A stretch of 64,000 bases of DNA from a virus: the IMG/VR virus record IMGVR_UViG_3300030061_003198. One strand, written 5' to 3'. The notes below the pieces were generated by a model. That model saw only the letters and a program-made list of their open reading frames with translations. It did no database searches and was not told the origin of the DNA. Within the stretch, counting starts at the first letter, position 1; the number at the start of each line of letters is the position of its first letter. The translations under genes and the position numbers were made by a program. Shown here piece by piece: positions 8,741-18,503 of the stretch.

Positions 8741-10477
8741 TTAAGCGTTCATTTTATTTCCCTGGATTATTTCCATTGCAGTTATTATTTCTTCTCCATT
8801 AAAACTATTATTAACAACAAATGACATACCAGCTATTGCAGTAGCTACTTGTTGACCTATATTAGATGTGTCATTTGATGAACCTCCGGCCATGTTTGCA
8901 GTTGTTTTATCTAATGAACCTTGGCTTGTTGATGCCATTATATTAATTTTATCATTTGGATCAAATAATATAGTATCATTAACTCGTATGAATGCATCAT
9001 TTTTCGTATCAACTGCAGCAGTAGTATCGGGACTTTCTGTATCAAATCCGGTATCTTTCTCTTTTAAAGCGGTTACTAGAGCGTTACCTGTATCGGCTAA
9101 GTTTAATACATCGGCAACTATAGTTGCAGTTCCAATTGCAAATTCTACTATTCCGTCTTCAGCTGATAGACCTGCAGCCAATTTATCCATTAGGTTGTTA
9201 GCGGTGTCAACTACTTCAGCTGAAGAAAATGCGTTGTTACTAGCCGATACAGACATAACAGCTTTTCTGTTTTCTTGTGCATCGTCAACTCGTTCAATGG
9301 TAGTTTGAGTACTCCTCAGATCTGATAGCTCTTTTATATATTGTTCAATTGTCTTACCGCCGGTACCGTCTAATACTCCGCCTACACCAGCTCCAGTGCC
9401 TTTCCTCTCTGCTTTTCGTTTTTCGAAGTCTTCATCCGATTCACCTTCGCGTTGCTCTACATTCATTTGACCAAGCTTGTTGTATTCTTCCATCATTGAT
9501 AACATATCTGTTATTTGTCTGGTTTCAATTCCAAGATATTTTGCAGTGGCTTCTCTTGCTTTAAAGTTATTTTTTAATTCATGACCTTGTGTTTTTATAA
9601 GATCTACCATTATATCCATTTGCTTTTCAGAATCACCTTCGATGGTAGCTTGGTTATATGCAGCTGCTACATTTTTATATTTTTGTCCTTCTAATTTTTT
9701 TCCGGTAAATATTTGATATTCAACAGCTGAGGTGGTTGCACTTTCTATATCTAACATGGCTCCGGCGGTTTTATTTAAATCACCTAATGTTAACCCAAAT
9801 TTCTTTGCAGCTATTACAGATTTTTCTAACTGTCCAGGTATGCCTCGGCCGTATTGTATAGCTATATCACTATTTAAGTTGGCCATCTCTGATAGTATAT
9901 CAACTATTCCGCCGGCATATCCTTCTTCATCAATTAATTCCTTATTTATTTGTTCTGCATCTCTTATTACTTCTGTTACTGATTTGCCTTGTAGATTAGC
10001 TAGTTTTCTAATACTAAATGCTTGTTGAGCATCTAAGCCTAAACGATTTCTTAAGAAATCATTTGTTAATTGTAATTCTTTGTTGTATTCTTTATTAGCC
10101 GTTATATTTTTAATTTGACCTGGCATAAACTTTGCCATGTCTGAAGTATATTGTTTTGATAATCTTGCGTTTACCTTTAAAGCAATTGCAACTTTATCTA
10201 ATTCAATTGCTTGTTTTCGGGATGTATCCGTTGTTAAATTAAATGCTTTTTGCAATCCTAAAGCTCGAGCTTCTAGAACAGTAACTGATTTTATCAGGTC
10301 TTCTGTTCTTGATTGTAGAACTTCTAATATTGATATTTGTTTGTTTAAAGATCGTTCATCTATATATGCTTCGAATGCTTCTTTATATTGTTCATTTAAA
10401 TTCTCAGCTTCAGATTGGCCGTGTTTAGGTAAGTTTTTTAAATCTTGTATTAATATGTGATTGTAAACATAGTTCAT
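8741..10477 (-). CDS. Tape measure protein
   Basis: 578 aa, helical and Ala/Lys/Glu-rich; canonical position after tube and chaperone; length similar to T4 gp29. Confidence 0.65.
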   Translation of the reverse strand: MNYVYNHILIQDLKNLPKHGQSEAENLNEQYKEAFEAYIDERSLNKQISILEVLQSRTEDLIKSVTVLEARALGLQKAFNLTTDTSRKQAIELDKVAIALKVNARLSKQYTSDMAKFMPGQIKNITANKEYNKELQLTNDFLRNRLGLDAQQAFSIRKLANLQGKSVTEVIRDAEQINKELIDEEGYAGGIVDILSEMANLNSDIAIQYGRGIPGQLEKSVIAAKKFGLTLGDLNKTAGAMLDIESATTSAVEYQIFTGKKLEGQKYKNVAAAYNQATIEGDSEKQMDIMVDLIKTQGHELKNNFKAREATAKYLGIETRQITDMLSMMEEYNKLGQMNVEQREGESDEDFEKRKAERKGTGAGVGGVLDGTGGKTIEQYIKELSDLRSTQTTIERVDDAQENRKAVMSVSASNNAFSSAEVVDTANNLMDKLAAGLSAEDGIVEFAIGTATIVADVLNLADTGNALVTALKEKDTGFDTESPDTTAAVDTKNDAFIRVNDTILFDPNDKINIMASTSQGSLDKTTANMAGGSSNDTSNIGQQVATAIAGMSFVVNNSFNGEEIITAMEIIQGNKMNA

Positions 10478-10495
10478 TAACCGTCCTTTATTTTA

Positions 10496-10503
10496 TATAA
10501 ATA
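10496..10503 (-). promoter_or_regulatory. Putative late promoter TATTTATA
   Basis: Upstream of the tape measure gene. Confidence 0.65.
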
Positions 10504-10504
10504 T

Positions 10505-10737
10505 TTAGAAAGGAGGTTTTGTGATTGTTTTTTTAGAAGTACTTGATTGTTTTGTGGCTTCTACTTGTTGTTTTCTGTCTGCAGACATCTTATTAAGTTT
10601 TTTAACATAAAAGTTTCTCAAGAAAACTGGCATATTATATATGGTATTCCAATCCCAACGACCTTCTCCTACCCAAACTAAATCAAATATAAGATCATGT
10701 AGTTTTGGTCTATCTTTTGGACTAAGGCCAAAAAAGG
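10505..10737 (-). CDS. Tail assembly chaperone, frameshifted C-terminal segment (GT-like)
   Basis: Alternative frame overlaps the end of 10722..11495 at CCTTTTTTGG; encodes FFGLSPKDRPKLHDLIFDL...WNTIYNMPVFLRNFY. Confidence 0.6.
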
Positions 10738-11495
10738 TCTGATCCAAGCGGAAACCCGGCAGTAAAGGTGCCTCCGTCTTCACCTTCAAACTCATATTCA
10801 AAATTTACACCAGGAGAATTTTTAAAAACATGGTTTTGAAAGCTTTTCGAATCTTGTATAAGAAATTTGTATTTGATAAAATCTTCTATATCACCAAGCT
10901 TTCTAGAGTCATCTACTTGTTTAATCACTTTCATTAAAAATGAAGAAATATTTTTAGTTGTGTCTATGTCTTTGTTATCGGCAGTTGATATATATGAATA
11001 TTTTATAATAGTACCAGATGGTAATTTATATGTTATTTCTCCAGCATCATCAGAATCAACATCAAAGTCTTTATATTTTAATTTTTTTAAATCTACTGAT
11101 CTAGTTAACGTGGTGCCTGTATTTGGATCTATAATTGATACTGGATATTTAGCTCCGTAGCTAACAATTCTTGCAGATATTATTAATGCATCTTTGTCTA
11201 CTAATGCAATATCATTAACGTTAACATTTGTAATAATTAATGCTTCTAATAATTTATCTAATGTGATTCCGTCTTCCAAATATGATGTATTTGTTAATAT
11301 ATCTTCATCATATGCAGTCATATATCGCATTTCTAACTTTCCTTCGCTTAAAGGACTGCTCTTTGGATATATCTTTCCTTTGCTTGGTAAATAAACAATT
11401 TCTGTTGGTAATGTACTTCTTTGTGAAGTTTCATATTTTTGTTTAGCTAGATTTATTAAATTATCATTATCATAACGATCGGTGTGTTTTGCCAT
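10722..11495 (-). CDS. Tail/baseplate assembly chaperone (T4 gp26-like)
   Basis: LPSKGKIYP, MRYMTAYDEDILT and ARIVSYG motifs; lies between tube and tape measure genes. Confidence 0.7.
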   Translation of the reverse strand: MAKHTDRYDNDNLINLAKQKYETSQRSTLPTEIVYLPSKGKIYPKSSPLSEGKLEMRYMTAYDEDILTNTSYLEDGITLDKLLEALIITNVNVNDIALVDKDALIISARIVSYGAKYPVSIIDPNTGTTLTRSVDLKKLKYKDFDVDSDDAGEITYKLPSGTIIKYSYISTADNKDIDTTKNISSFLMKVIKQVDDSRKLGDIEDFIKYKFLIQDSKSFQNHVFKNSPGVNFEYEFEGEDGGTFTAGFPLGSDLFWP

Positions 11496-11516
11496 TGTAT
11501 TCCTTTATAACTTTAA

Positions 11517-11524
11517 TATAAATA
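11517..11524 (-). promoter_or_regulatory. Putative late promoter TATTTATA
   Basis: Upstream of the chaperone gene, just after a terminator. Confidence 0.65.
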
Positions 11525-11529
11525 TTACT

Positions 11530-11563
11530 AAACAGTAAAAATGGGAGTAAAACTACTCCCATT
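11530..11563 (-). terminator. Intrinsic terminator after the tail tube gene
   Basis: Minus strand AATGGGAGTAG-TTT-TACTCCCATT followed by TTTACTGTTT. Confidence 0.8.
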
Positions 11564-11579
11564 ATAATATAATTAAATA

Positions 11580-12089
11580 TTAATATTGTAATACTGCATA
11601 ATCATATTTGAGTGTCATTTCAATTGTGACTGCTTCTTCATTTGACCAATCCATTTGACCAAAATTAGTATCTAAAATAAATGCTCCATTTAAAGTCCAT
11701 TCTTCAATAAACTCTCCCGTTGGAGATAATGAATTAAATGTTATTTGTTTTTTATAATCAGATGAATACCCATCTCTACCAGTTAATGATTCATGGTGTT
11801 TTCTTACCCAATCCATTACAGCTTGTGCTCCGGAAGGTACAATTGGATCATATAATGTAATTGATATATCATTCCACCTAGACTTTCCTTTAACTTTTCT
11901 GTCAATGTTCATGTGATCTAATACAATTTCTCCATTTGTCATCGATGGCCTTGCAGCTGCTTTAATAAGGTATGATGGAATGTCATCTATATACATTATA
12001 AATCGATTGGAGTATTTAGGTTCCCAATTAAACGCTTGGTTAAATAATTCATCATTATCTACACCTGGTAAATTTTGTTGTATGGCCAT
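11580..12089 (-). CDS. gp19: Tail tube protein (gp19-like)
   Basis: WNDISITLYDP, W.LNGAF and LKYDYA motifs; directly after the sheath gene. Confidence 0.85.
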   Translation of the reverse strand: MAIQQNLPGVDNDELFNQAFNWEPKYSNRFIMYIDDIPSYLIKAAARPSMTNGEIVLDHMNIDRKVKGKSRWNDISITLYDPIVPSGAQAVMDWVRKHHESLTGRDGYSSDYKKQITFNSLSPTGEFIEEWTLNGAFILDTNFGQMDWSNEEAVTIEMTLKYDYAVLQY

Positions 12090-12108
12090 TTCTATTTATT
12101 CCTTTTTA

Positions 12109-12116
12109 TATAAATA
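12109..12116 (-). promoter_or_regulatory. Putative late promoter TATTTATA
   Basis: Upstream of the tube gene. Confidence 0.65.
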
Positions 12117-12132
12117 TTGTATACTTTAATTT

Positions 12133-14673
12133 TTATTCTGGGAATGCTGCTCCCGTTGGCATAATATTAAAGTCTAATACAATAAATTCTGCAGTTCTTG
12201 TTGGTTGTAAAAATATCTGACCATATAATTTATTCTGATCAATTATATCTGGAGTATTATTTGTTCCATCCATTACAACTCTAAATGCTGTTAACCCTTG
12301 TTCTTGTTTTACTTTATCTAAATATGGATTAACAATACTTAAAAATCTATTTCTTGTTGCTGCCGTATTTTGTTCAAATACTAAAAATCTAGTTGCAGAT
12401 GATATAAATTTCTTAACGGTAATTAATAATCTTCTAACATTTACTCTATCTAATGCACTTGGTCTATCTTGCAATGTTTTTTGACCCCAAACACATACTC
12501 CTTGATTAGGGAATGTTGCGATTGGATTAACTCTTGCAATATATAATTCATCTCTATCTGCTTGTGATAAATTATCATATGCTTTTATTACGGTATCTAA
12601 ACCACCTCTATTTAATCCGGCTGGTGCATACCATGGAGCTTTTAATCTGTCATTTTTAGCTAATGCTCCAATTACTAATACTGATGGTGGTAAGAAAATA
12701 TCTTTATTACTTCCATCAAATCGTTTCAACCATGGATAATATGTTGCAGTATAATTAGAATTAACTTGTTTAACTAAATTAGTTGTAGTTAATATATTCT
12801 CATCTAATTTATTTGAATCCATTACATAAAATGTATCTTGTCGTCTTAATGCCATATTTCGAGCTAACGATGTTACCCCAGGATGTTGTGAATGTAATAT
12901 ACCAGGAGTTAATAACATGTTAATATCAAAAAAGTCTGTATTGCTTAATGCATTAAATGCTTGTTTATAAACAGCGGTACCTGATGTATCTGCTGTACTA
13001 CAATCAAATCCAAATGTATTAGTAGATTTTATATCGCCTCCAGATAATTTTTGAAGATTTGGTCTTGCTCCATCAAATCCTCCTTGGAATGGAACAATAA
13101 ATTGCCTAGTTGACAATTTAATATTTGTTGCAAACGTTCCGCCTGTCAATGAATCTCCAATACTTCCAGAATAAGTTCCGCCTCCAGCACCTGTACCAAA
13201 ATCTGCTCCTGAGTCTTGTTTCATGTCTCCTAGGTAGAATGCTGCTGAACCTGAGCCAACTGCTGATCCTGAACTTGGTAATGGAGCTAAATAATTTAAA
13301 TTATGTACATCTGTATAATCAAATCCATATAAGAAAGCTGGATTATACTGGGATAAAGCATCTAATTGATTTGATTTATATATTGGTTTTTCTAAATTTT
13401 TTCCTTCTGCTGCCGAACCTGATTGCTGAACTGGTGATACTAAATTTGCATATCCAAATGGTATTTTTGATGAATTAATAGTTCCTTTTTCAACACTTTG
13501 AGGTACTTCTACTCTTATATATTCAGAATTATTTGGATAATCGCCATGATCTGTAATTTTACCTGCATTATCAATTGTCCTATATTGTGTACCTATTTTT
13601 TTAGCTATATAATTTATCGAATTAGGATTTAAATTACAATTTGAATATGATTCTAATATTACTTGTTCTATATCGGTGTCAACCGTTGCTCGATCTTCAT
13701 TTATAAATGGTGAATCTGGAATATGTACTTGATTGACTTTTCTAACAGTTACTGCAAATGAAGCATATCCGTCTGGGTCTCCATTTTCAGTTCCTAATAA
13801 TATATTTGATATTGCAACTTTAACGTCATAATTTTCAGCTGTTCCATGTGATAGTGTATGGAATTTCATTAAATTAGATACTACACCACTACTTTTTTGT
13901 GATGTGATCCATGGGGTTGAAGCTTCACTATAATCTGTTAAATTTTGATAATCTGGTATGATTCCTAATGACATAGTAATCATATTTTTATGCGCTATTA
14001 AACCATATGCATTAGGATTTGCATATTGTATATATACTGGCTTAGATGTTGTTTTATAATTGTCATCGATTACATCTCCAATTGGAGGAACTATGTTACC
14101 TAGTGCATCTGTATAATCATTAGTTTGTATTGACATACTAATATAGCCAGCACCTGTGCCGTCAACTGGAATATCATATCCTGAATATCCAGGCGTTGAA
14201 GGGTCAATTGCATAAGATCCAGATATTAATAATCTAAAACTTCCTGATTCGCCAGAAACTAATTTTGATTTCTCAAATAAGTCATCTGTTTCTGCAGTAG
14301 CGGCTGTATAGCTTACTGATTGGCCTGGGTGTAATACATGCGTTACATACTCAATTGATCCACTACTTGCGATAATACATAAAACACCATTTTTTAAACG
14401 ATATCCACCTTTATGAAGTAATCTTGTTACAGTCATAACACCACCTTGTGCATTTCTAAAATATTCGTCTGCAGCAATAGGTAGATATGAGTCTTCTGTA
14501 TATCCTCCGAATTTGGCAGCAAATTCTGTTTGATTAACAACAGTTGGCAGTAAAGCCGGCCCTTTTAGTGTCGGTCCAACAATAGCAGGTCCTATTTCCC
14601 TAACTCCTTGTGATAAAAATGATTGGTCTTTTTCTTTGGTAAAAACACCAGGCGATACGATTCTCTCGGCCAT
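12133..14673 (-). CDS. gp18: Tail sheath protein (gp18-like)
   Basis: SPGVFTKEKD, PWYAPAGLNRG, WGQKTL, RVNVRRLL, PTRTAEFI. Confidence 0.95.
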   Translation of the reverse strand: MAERIVSPGVFTKEKDQSFLSQGVREIGPAIVGPTLKGPALLPTVVNQTEFAAKFGGYTEDSYLPIAADEYFRNAQGGVMTVTRLLHKGGYRLKNGVLCIIASSGSIEYVTHVLHPGQSVSYTAATAETDDLFEKSKLVSGESGSFRLLISGSYAIDPSTPGYSGYDIPVDGTGAGYISMSIQTNDYTDALGNIVPPIGDVIDDNYKTTSKPVYIQYANPNAYGLIAHKNMITMSLGIIPDYQNLTDYSEASTPWITSQKSSGVVSNLMKFHTLSHGTAENYDVKVAISNILLGTENGDPDGYASFAVTVRKVNQVHIPDSPFINEDRATVDTDIEQVILESYSNCNLNPNSINYIAKKIGTQYRTIDNAGKITDHGDYPNNSEYIRVEVPQSVEKGTINSSKIPFGYANLVSPVQQSGSAAEGKNLEKPIYKSNQLDALSQYNPAFLYGFDYTDVHNLNYLAPLPSSGSAVGSGSAAFYLGDMKQDSGADFGTGAGGGTYSGSIGDSLTGGTFATNIKLSTRQFIVPFQGGFDGARPNLQKLSGGDIKSTNTFGFDCSTADTSGTAVYKQAFNALSNTDFFDINMLLTPGILHSQHPGVTSLARNMALRRQDTFYVMDSNKLDENILTTTNLVKQVNSNYTATYYPWLKRFDGSNKDIFLPPSVLVIGALAKNDRLKAPWYAPAGLNRGGLDTVIKAYDNLSQADRDELYIARVNPIATFPNQGVCVWGQKTLQDRPSALDRVNVRRLLITVKKFISSATRFLVFEQNTAATRNRFLSIVNPYLDKVKQEQGLTAFRVVMDGTNNTPDIIDQNKLYGQIFLQPTRTAEFIVLDFNIMPTGAAFPE

Positions 14674-14701
14674 TAAAATACTCCTATATAATTTATTTAT
14701 T

Positions 14702-14709
14702 TATAAATA
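14702..14709 (-). promoter_or_regulatory. Putative late promoter TATTTATA
   Basis: Upstream of the sheath gene. Confidence 0.65.
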
Positions 14710-14719
14710 TGTCTTTAAA

Positions 14720-15004
14720 CTATGAAACAGGTACTGGGACTGAAGTAAATGTACCATCTTGTATATTAATTTGCCCATCACCATATTTTTCTCGTAGTTC
14801 GTTAATGAATTCTTCTTCATTTTGTTTTAAATTCTTTAATTCGTCAAAAAATTCATCTTTTGCTTTTTCAATTTCTTTCAATTGTTCAGATACAATAAAT
14901 TCATCAGTAGCTACTGCTCCTATTTTTGAATTTAATTCTGTGTATTGTTCTCTGAATGTGTTTATTTTTTCTAAATGTTCTTGTTCTAATTTCTGTGTTT
15001 CCAT
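14720..15004 (-). CDS. Small coiled-coil hypothetical protein
   Basis: 94 aa, heptad-rich, ends with KYGDGQINIQDGTF. Confidence 0.7.
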   Translation of the reverse strand: METQKLEQEHLEKINTFREQYTELNSKIGAVATDEFIVSEQLKEIEKAKDEFFDELKNLKQNEEEFINELREKYGDGQINIQDGTFTSVPVPVS

Positions 15005-15023
15005 AATTATAACCTTTATTTTT

Positions 15024-15052
15024 AATATAATAAAAAAAAATTTATTATCCTA
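15024..15052 (-). promoter_or_regulatory. Sigma70-like promoter TAGGAT-N17-TATATT
   Basis: Upstream of ATG 15004. Confidence 0.5.
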
Positions 15053-15529
15053 TGACATTCTAATTTTTATTAAACTTCCTGATCTATATAATCCACCTAA
15101 CGGTACTCCTCCGGAACCAGCTGCTGTGTCAGTATCATAATGTAAACTTTTTGAAACATGGGTCAATGTTATATATCCTGAGTTACTAGTTAACGTTCCT
15201 GACAGATTACCAGCAAAACTACCAGTTCCGGATAATGCATGACTTGATGTTGTTGATGTTACTGCAGTCGTTGCATGTGAAGATGATATTGAATATGAAG
15301 ATGATATTGAATATGATGATGTTAATGGACTTATATTTCCTTGTGTACTAGAAAAATAATCAGCTGATGATGTTCCTTTTACGTCAAATGATCCTGTATG
15401 GAATGTAGATCCCGAAATGTATATATTATATGCATGCTCTGCAGTTAATGCATCGATTGATTGTGTTAATTGTGCTGCAGTAATTAAACTGCCGTCAGAC
15501 ATTCCGGTTTTTGATAATTTATTTGCCAT
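15050..15529 (-). CDS. Ser/Thr-rich virion structural protein
   Basis: SGS/SSS-rich, VPLGGLYR fibre-like C-terminus, late motif upstream. Confidence 0.6.
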   Translation of the reverse strand: MANKLSKTGMSDGSLITAAQLTQSIDALTAEHAYNIYISGSTFHTGSFDVKGTSSADYFSSTQGNISPLTSSYSISSSYSISSSHATTAVTSTTSSHALSGTGSFAGNLSGTLTSNSGYITLTHVSKSLHYDTDTAAGSGGVPLGGLYRSGSLIKIRMS

Positions 15530-15575
15530 TATTATTTCTTTTCTTTATTAATAAATATAAGTATTTTTTGTAAAA

Positions 15576-15836
15576 TTACGGCATTGAACCAGTGTCAGTC
15601 CAAAATGAGCTAGTTAATTTTGTTGAACTATCTGAATGAGACCCGCGCCAAGTTAAGGTTACGCTATTATTTGTGATAAATGTAGGCTCTTTTTCAGTAT
15701 ACCATTTTAAAATAAATTGTGTTTTATCGATTGATTTTCTAACAGTATCTGCAGACTTTTCCATAACTTGTGTAAAATCTACATTGCCAATTGTCGATGT
15801 ATTTGCATATGCATATGTTCTATTTGAATAATTCAT
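15576..15836 (-). CDS. Hypothetical protein
   Basis: 86 aa with AGGAG RBS and late motif upstream. Confidence 0.7.
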   Translation of the reverse strand: MNYSNRTYAYANTSTIGNVDFTQVMEKSADTVRKSIDKTQFILKWYTEKEPTFITNNSVTLTWRGSHSDSSTKLTSSFWTDTGSMP

Positions 15837-15850
15837 AAATCTTCTCCTAT

Positions 15851-15858
15851 TATAAATA
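15851..15858 (-). promoter_or_regulatory. Putative late promoter TATTTATA
   Basis: Upstream of ATG 15836. Confidence 0.6.
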
Positions 15859-15871
15859 TATATAGAAAATA

Positions 15872-16207
15872 TTATCCTTCAGAATTATCAATTTCCATAT
15901 ATGAGACCGTAGCTTGTAGACTACCGCTTAAATCAGATTGTGCTGTTAATAAATCATTATTGTCTAATACCATTGTGCCATCAATGGCTTGAAATGATGA
16001 TGCTTGCGGTACAACAACGTCTTTAGCTATGAAATATTCTTTATTACTTGCACTAGTATCTTTCCACTTTAAAGTAACTTGTGCATTTGAACTAGTAATA
16101 TTAGTTATATGTATAGTTTTAAGTAATAATTTTTTTGATGCTCCTGCAGTTACTAATGTTGCAGCTGAAGCTGATGTTATATACGATCCTGTAATTAAAT
16201 ATTCCAT
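15872..16207 (-). CDS. Small beta-rich hypothetical structural protein
   Basis: 111 aa with GGAG RBS. Confidence 0.65.
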   Translation of the reverse strand: MEYLITGSYITSASAATLVTAGASKKLLLKTIHITNITSSNAQVTLKWKDTSASNKEYFIAKDVVVPQASSFQAIDGTMVLDNNDLLTAQSDLSGSLQATVSYMEIDNSEG

Positions 16208-16227
16208 TTTTTCTCCATTTCTTTTAT

Positions 16228-16839
16228 TTAGCTATCAGTATTATATGTTCCTGTTAGCAAATTCATAACTTGATTTTTTAATTCTACTGTATAATATGAC
16301 TTCGAAGGAAATCCAGTACTGCTATATGCAGCTGTTCCTTCTACATAATCAAATAAACCATCAATATTATCTAATGCTTTTGATTCTATACCATAATAAA
16401 TATATTTCTCATTCAATATTATAGTATCATTTGCAATTTCATTTGATTGATCTTTTGATAATCGATAGGATATATAAGATTTTACCTTGTTCCAACGTTG
16501 TTGTCTAGCTGTTTGTGAATTTACAATATAAGTTGCCCAATAAGACTCTTGTTCAGAATCTGTATATAATTTATCTCTATCTGTTTTATCAACACAGAAG
16601 TTTTGGGCTGCATAAGGCTTATCATATTCAGTTAACGCATCAAATCCTCCATTATTAGTTATATACCCCATTGAACCCGTACGTTGGTATATATAATCTT
16701 TTCCAGCTTCTTCTCCAATTTTAAACCAATATTCAACACAAGAAATGTCTAAATAATCAGTATCGAGTGTTTCTTTAAATTGGTATATTGGTGCTGATGG
16801 ATTAGCTCCATAATATTTTCCTATTTTTAAATATCCCAT
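16228..16839 (-). CDS. Hypothetical protein
   Basis: 203 aa with AAGGA RBS. Confidence 0.65.
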   Translation of the reverse strand: MGYLKIGKYYGANPSAPIYQFKETLDTDYLDISCVEYWFKIGEEAGKDYIYQRTGSMGYITNNGGFDALTEYDKPYAAQNFCVDKTDRDKLYTDSEQESYWATYIVNSQTARQQRWNKVKSYISYRLSKDQSNEIANDTIILNEKYIYYGIESKALDNIDGLFDYVEGTAAYSSTGFPSKSYYTVELKNQVMNLLTGTYNTDS

Positions 16840-16851
16840 GTTATTCCTTTA

Positions 16852-17685
16852 CTAAGATATATTATATCTATCTTTTAAATAATTTTCTGTTATCTCTTGG
16901 CCTGCTGCACTTAAAGTTGCCGGATACCAAAGAACTTCTCCATAGTCCCAATCACCATCATATGCATCTGAACCACCTCTATTTAAACTTATTCCTTCTC
17001 CTGATGCGTTTAGATCTGTTGTAGAAAGTGATTTTGAATCAGAATCAGCATCTGTTCCTATAATTGCTGCTGCTATTGTAGATCCATCATATTGAAATTT
17101 GTATATATTTACATCTGATGTTCCAGGACTATCTAGCTCTATTCGTTTTGATGCCGTATTCCAATAGTCTATAAAGAACCTCAATACGCCGGCATAGTAA
17201 TATATGCCCCAACCAGTGCTCCATGTTGTTCCGTTTGTTCTACTGACAAAGAATGAAAATGTTGACGGATATGAATTTCTTTTAGCTACAACATATAAAC
17301 AAAATCCTCCGCTAGCATCTAAACTCGAATCATCATCTGTTTCCATGGAGTCGCCGTTTGCTGCATTAATACTTGGTAAGTTGTTTAGTACTGGGTTAGA
17401 TGCTTCATATTGTGGATAATCTCCAGATGTTCCTTGTTTAAAATGATTGTCGTTACCACTTTGATCATCCCATTGAGATACATTGTTAGATCCATCTTTT
17501 GTTACACCAAATGTTGATTTAGACCAAACCGAATATCCAGGCGCTGGTTGAAGGCCTGCTGATAGATTTCCATCTTTTCGTGTAAGATAATGTTGTGTAA
17601 GTCCAAGTGAGCCACTATAACCTGTCTCTATTCCGCCAAATCTAAAATCTGGATTTGTATATCCGCTATTGCCTCTTCTCCCCAT
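16852..17685 (-). CDS. Putative LamG/concanavalin-like virion protein; likely start 17685
   Basis: TAATG coupling at 17685; VSQWDDQSGN...GEVLWY..LS...ENYLKDRY pattern. Confidence 0.55.
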   Translation of the reverse strand: MGRRGNSGYTNPDFRFGGIETGYSGSLGLTQHYLTRKDGNLSAGLQPAPGYSVWSKSTFGVTKDGSNNVSQWDDQSGNDNHFKQGTSGDYPQYEASNPVLNNLPSINAANGDSMETDDDSSLDASGGFCLYVVAKRNSYPSTFSFFVSRTNGTTWSTGWGIYYYAGVLRFFIDYWNTASKRIELDSPGTSDVNIYKFQYDGSTIAAAIIGTDADSDSKSLSTTDLNASGEGISLNRGGSDAYDGDWDYGEVLWYPATLSAAGQEITENYLKDRYNIS

Positions 17686-18503
17686 TATGAATTTGCCTTT
17701 AATCTTACATTTGCAATAGTCCAAGCTGGTTGGTACTGAACACTACTGTCAGCTTCGAAACTAAATATAATTCTTCGAGTGGTACCTACAGTCCATAAGC
17801 TACCATTAGTTATTTCACTTCCATCTATAGTTATACTTTCTCCATAAAATGCATTTCTTGCTGCACTAGTGCCGGCTCTAGAGTTAGAGTCTTCACTATT
17901 AAATTTTCCATTATTAGTATTAGCTGCTACGTTAGTGCCTACTAGTCTTTCATAATTTGAGCCATTAGTGAGGCCATATCCAGTACCAGCAACTGGTGTG
18001 AATGTGGTGTCAGCAAATCCTACGTAACCAAAATCAAAACTACTTACTCCACTACCATTCTCTCCATAACACATCCATTCGAATGTGAGAGTCAAGCTTG
18101 TAGTTCCAGCTGGTATATCAAAATCAAAATACATATGACATTCTGTGTTTGCTACATATGTGTTATTACTAGAGTCACTTGAAACATATGCAGCATGAGT
18201 TGAGCTTGATGGTATTGTTTTTACAGCTCCATCGTTGCCTTTTGTGTTTTGTCCACATATCCATCTTTTACTTGTTGATTCTTCTAAGTTTGTCCATTTT
18301 GACAAATCACCAGTTGCAAATGTATCTTCAAATAAAAATTCAGTTGGAAAGATCGGCTGTAAATCTCCTCCTAATCTTTCTAATCTAATTTTTCTATTTG
18401 AAAGTATGCCTATAGAGCTAGTTGTAGCAAGAGAACTAGTTACATTAGATCTAGCATCATAGCCTATTAATCCGCCATTGCCTTTTCTTGCACTGATTCC
18501 CAT
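17685..18503 (-). CDS. Putative beta-sandwich virion/receptor-binding protein; likely start 18503
   Basis: TAATG coupling at 18503; N-terminal RKGNGG resembles RRGNSG of the next gene. Confidence 0.55.
   Translation of the reverse strand: MGISARKGNGGLIGYDARSNVTSSLATTSSIGILSNRKIRLERLGGDLQPIFPTEFLFEDTFATGDLSKWTNLEESTSKRWICGQNTKGNDGAVKTIPSSSTHAAYVSSDSSNNTYVANTECHMYFDFDIPAGTTSLTLTFEWMCYGENGSGVSSFDFGYVGFADTTFTPVAGTGYGLTNGSNYERLVGTNVAANTNNGKFNSEDSNSRAGTSAARNAFYGESITIDGSEITNGSLWTVGTTRRIIFSFEADSSVQYQPAWTIANVRLKANS

Noticed and set aside
10738-10801. Track start MNMSLKV for the 98-aa ORF
   Set aside because: It lies deep inside the upstream gene with no RBS; frameshift entry is the simpler explanation.
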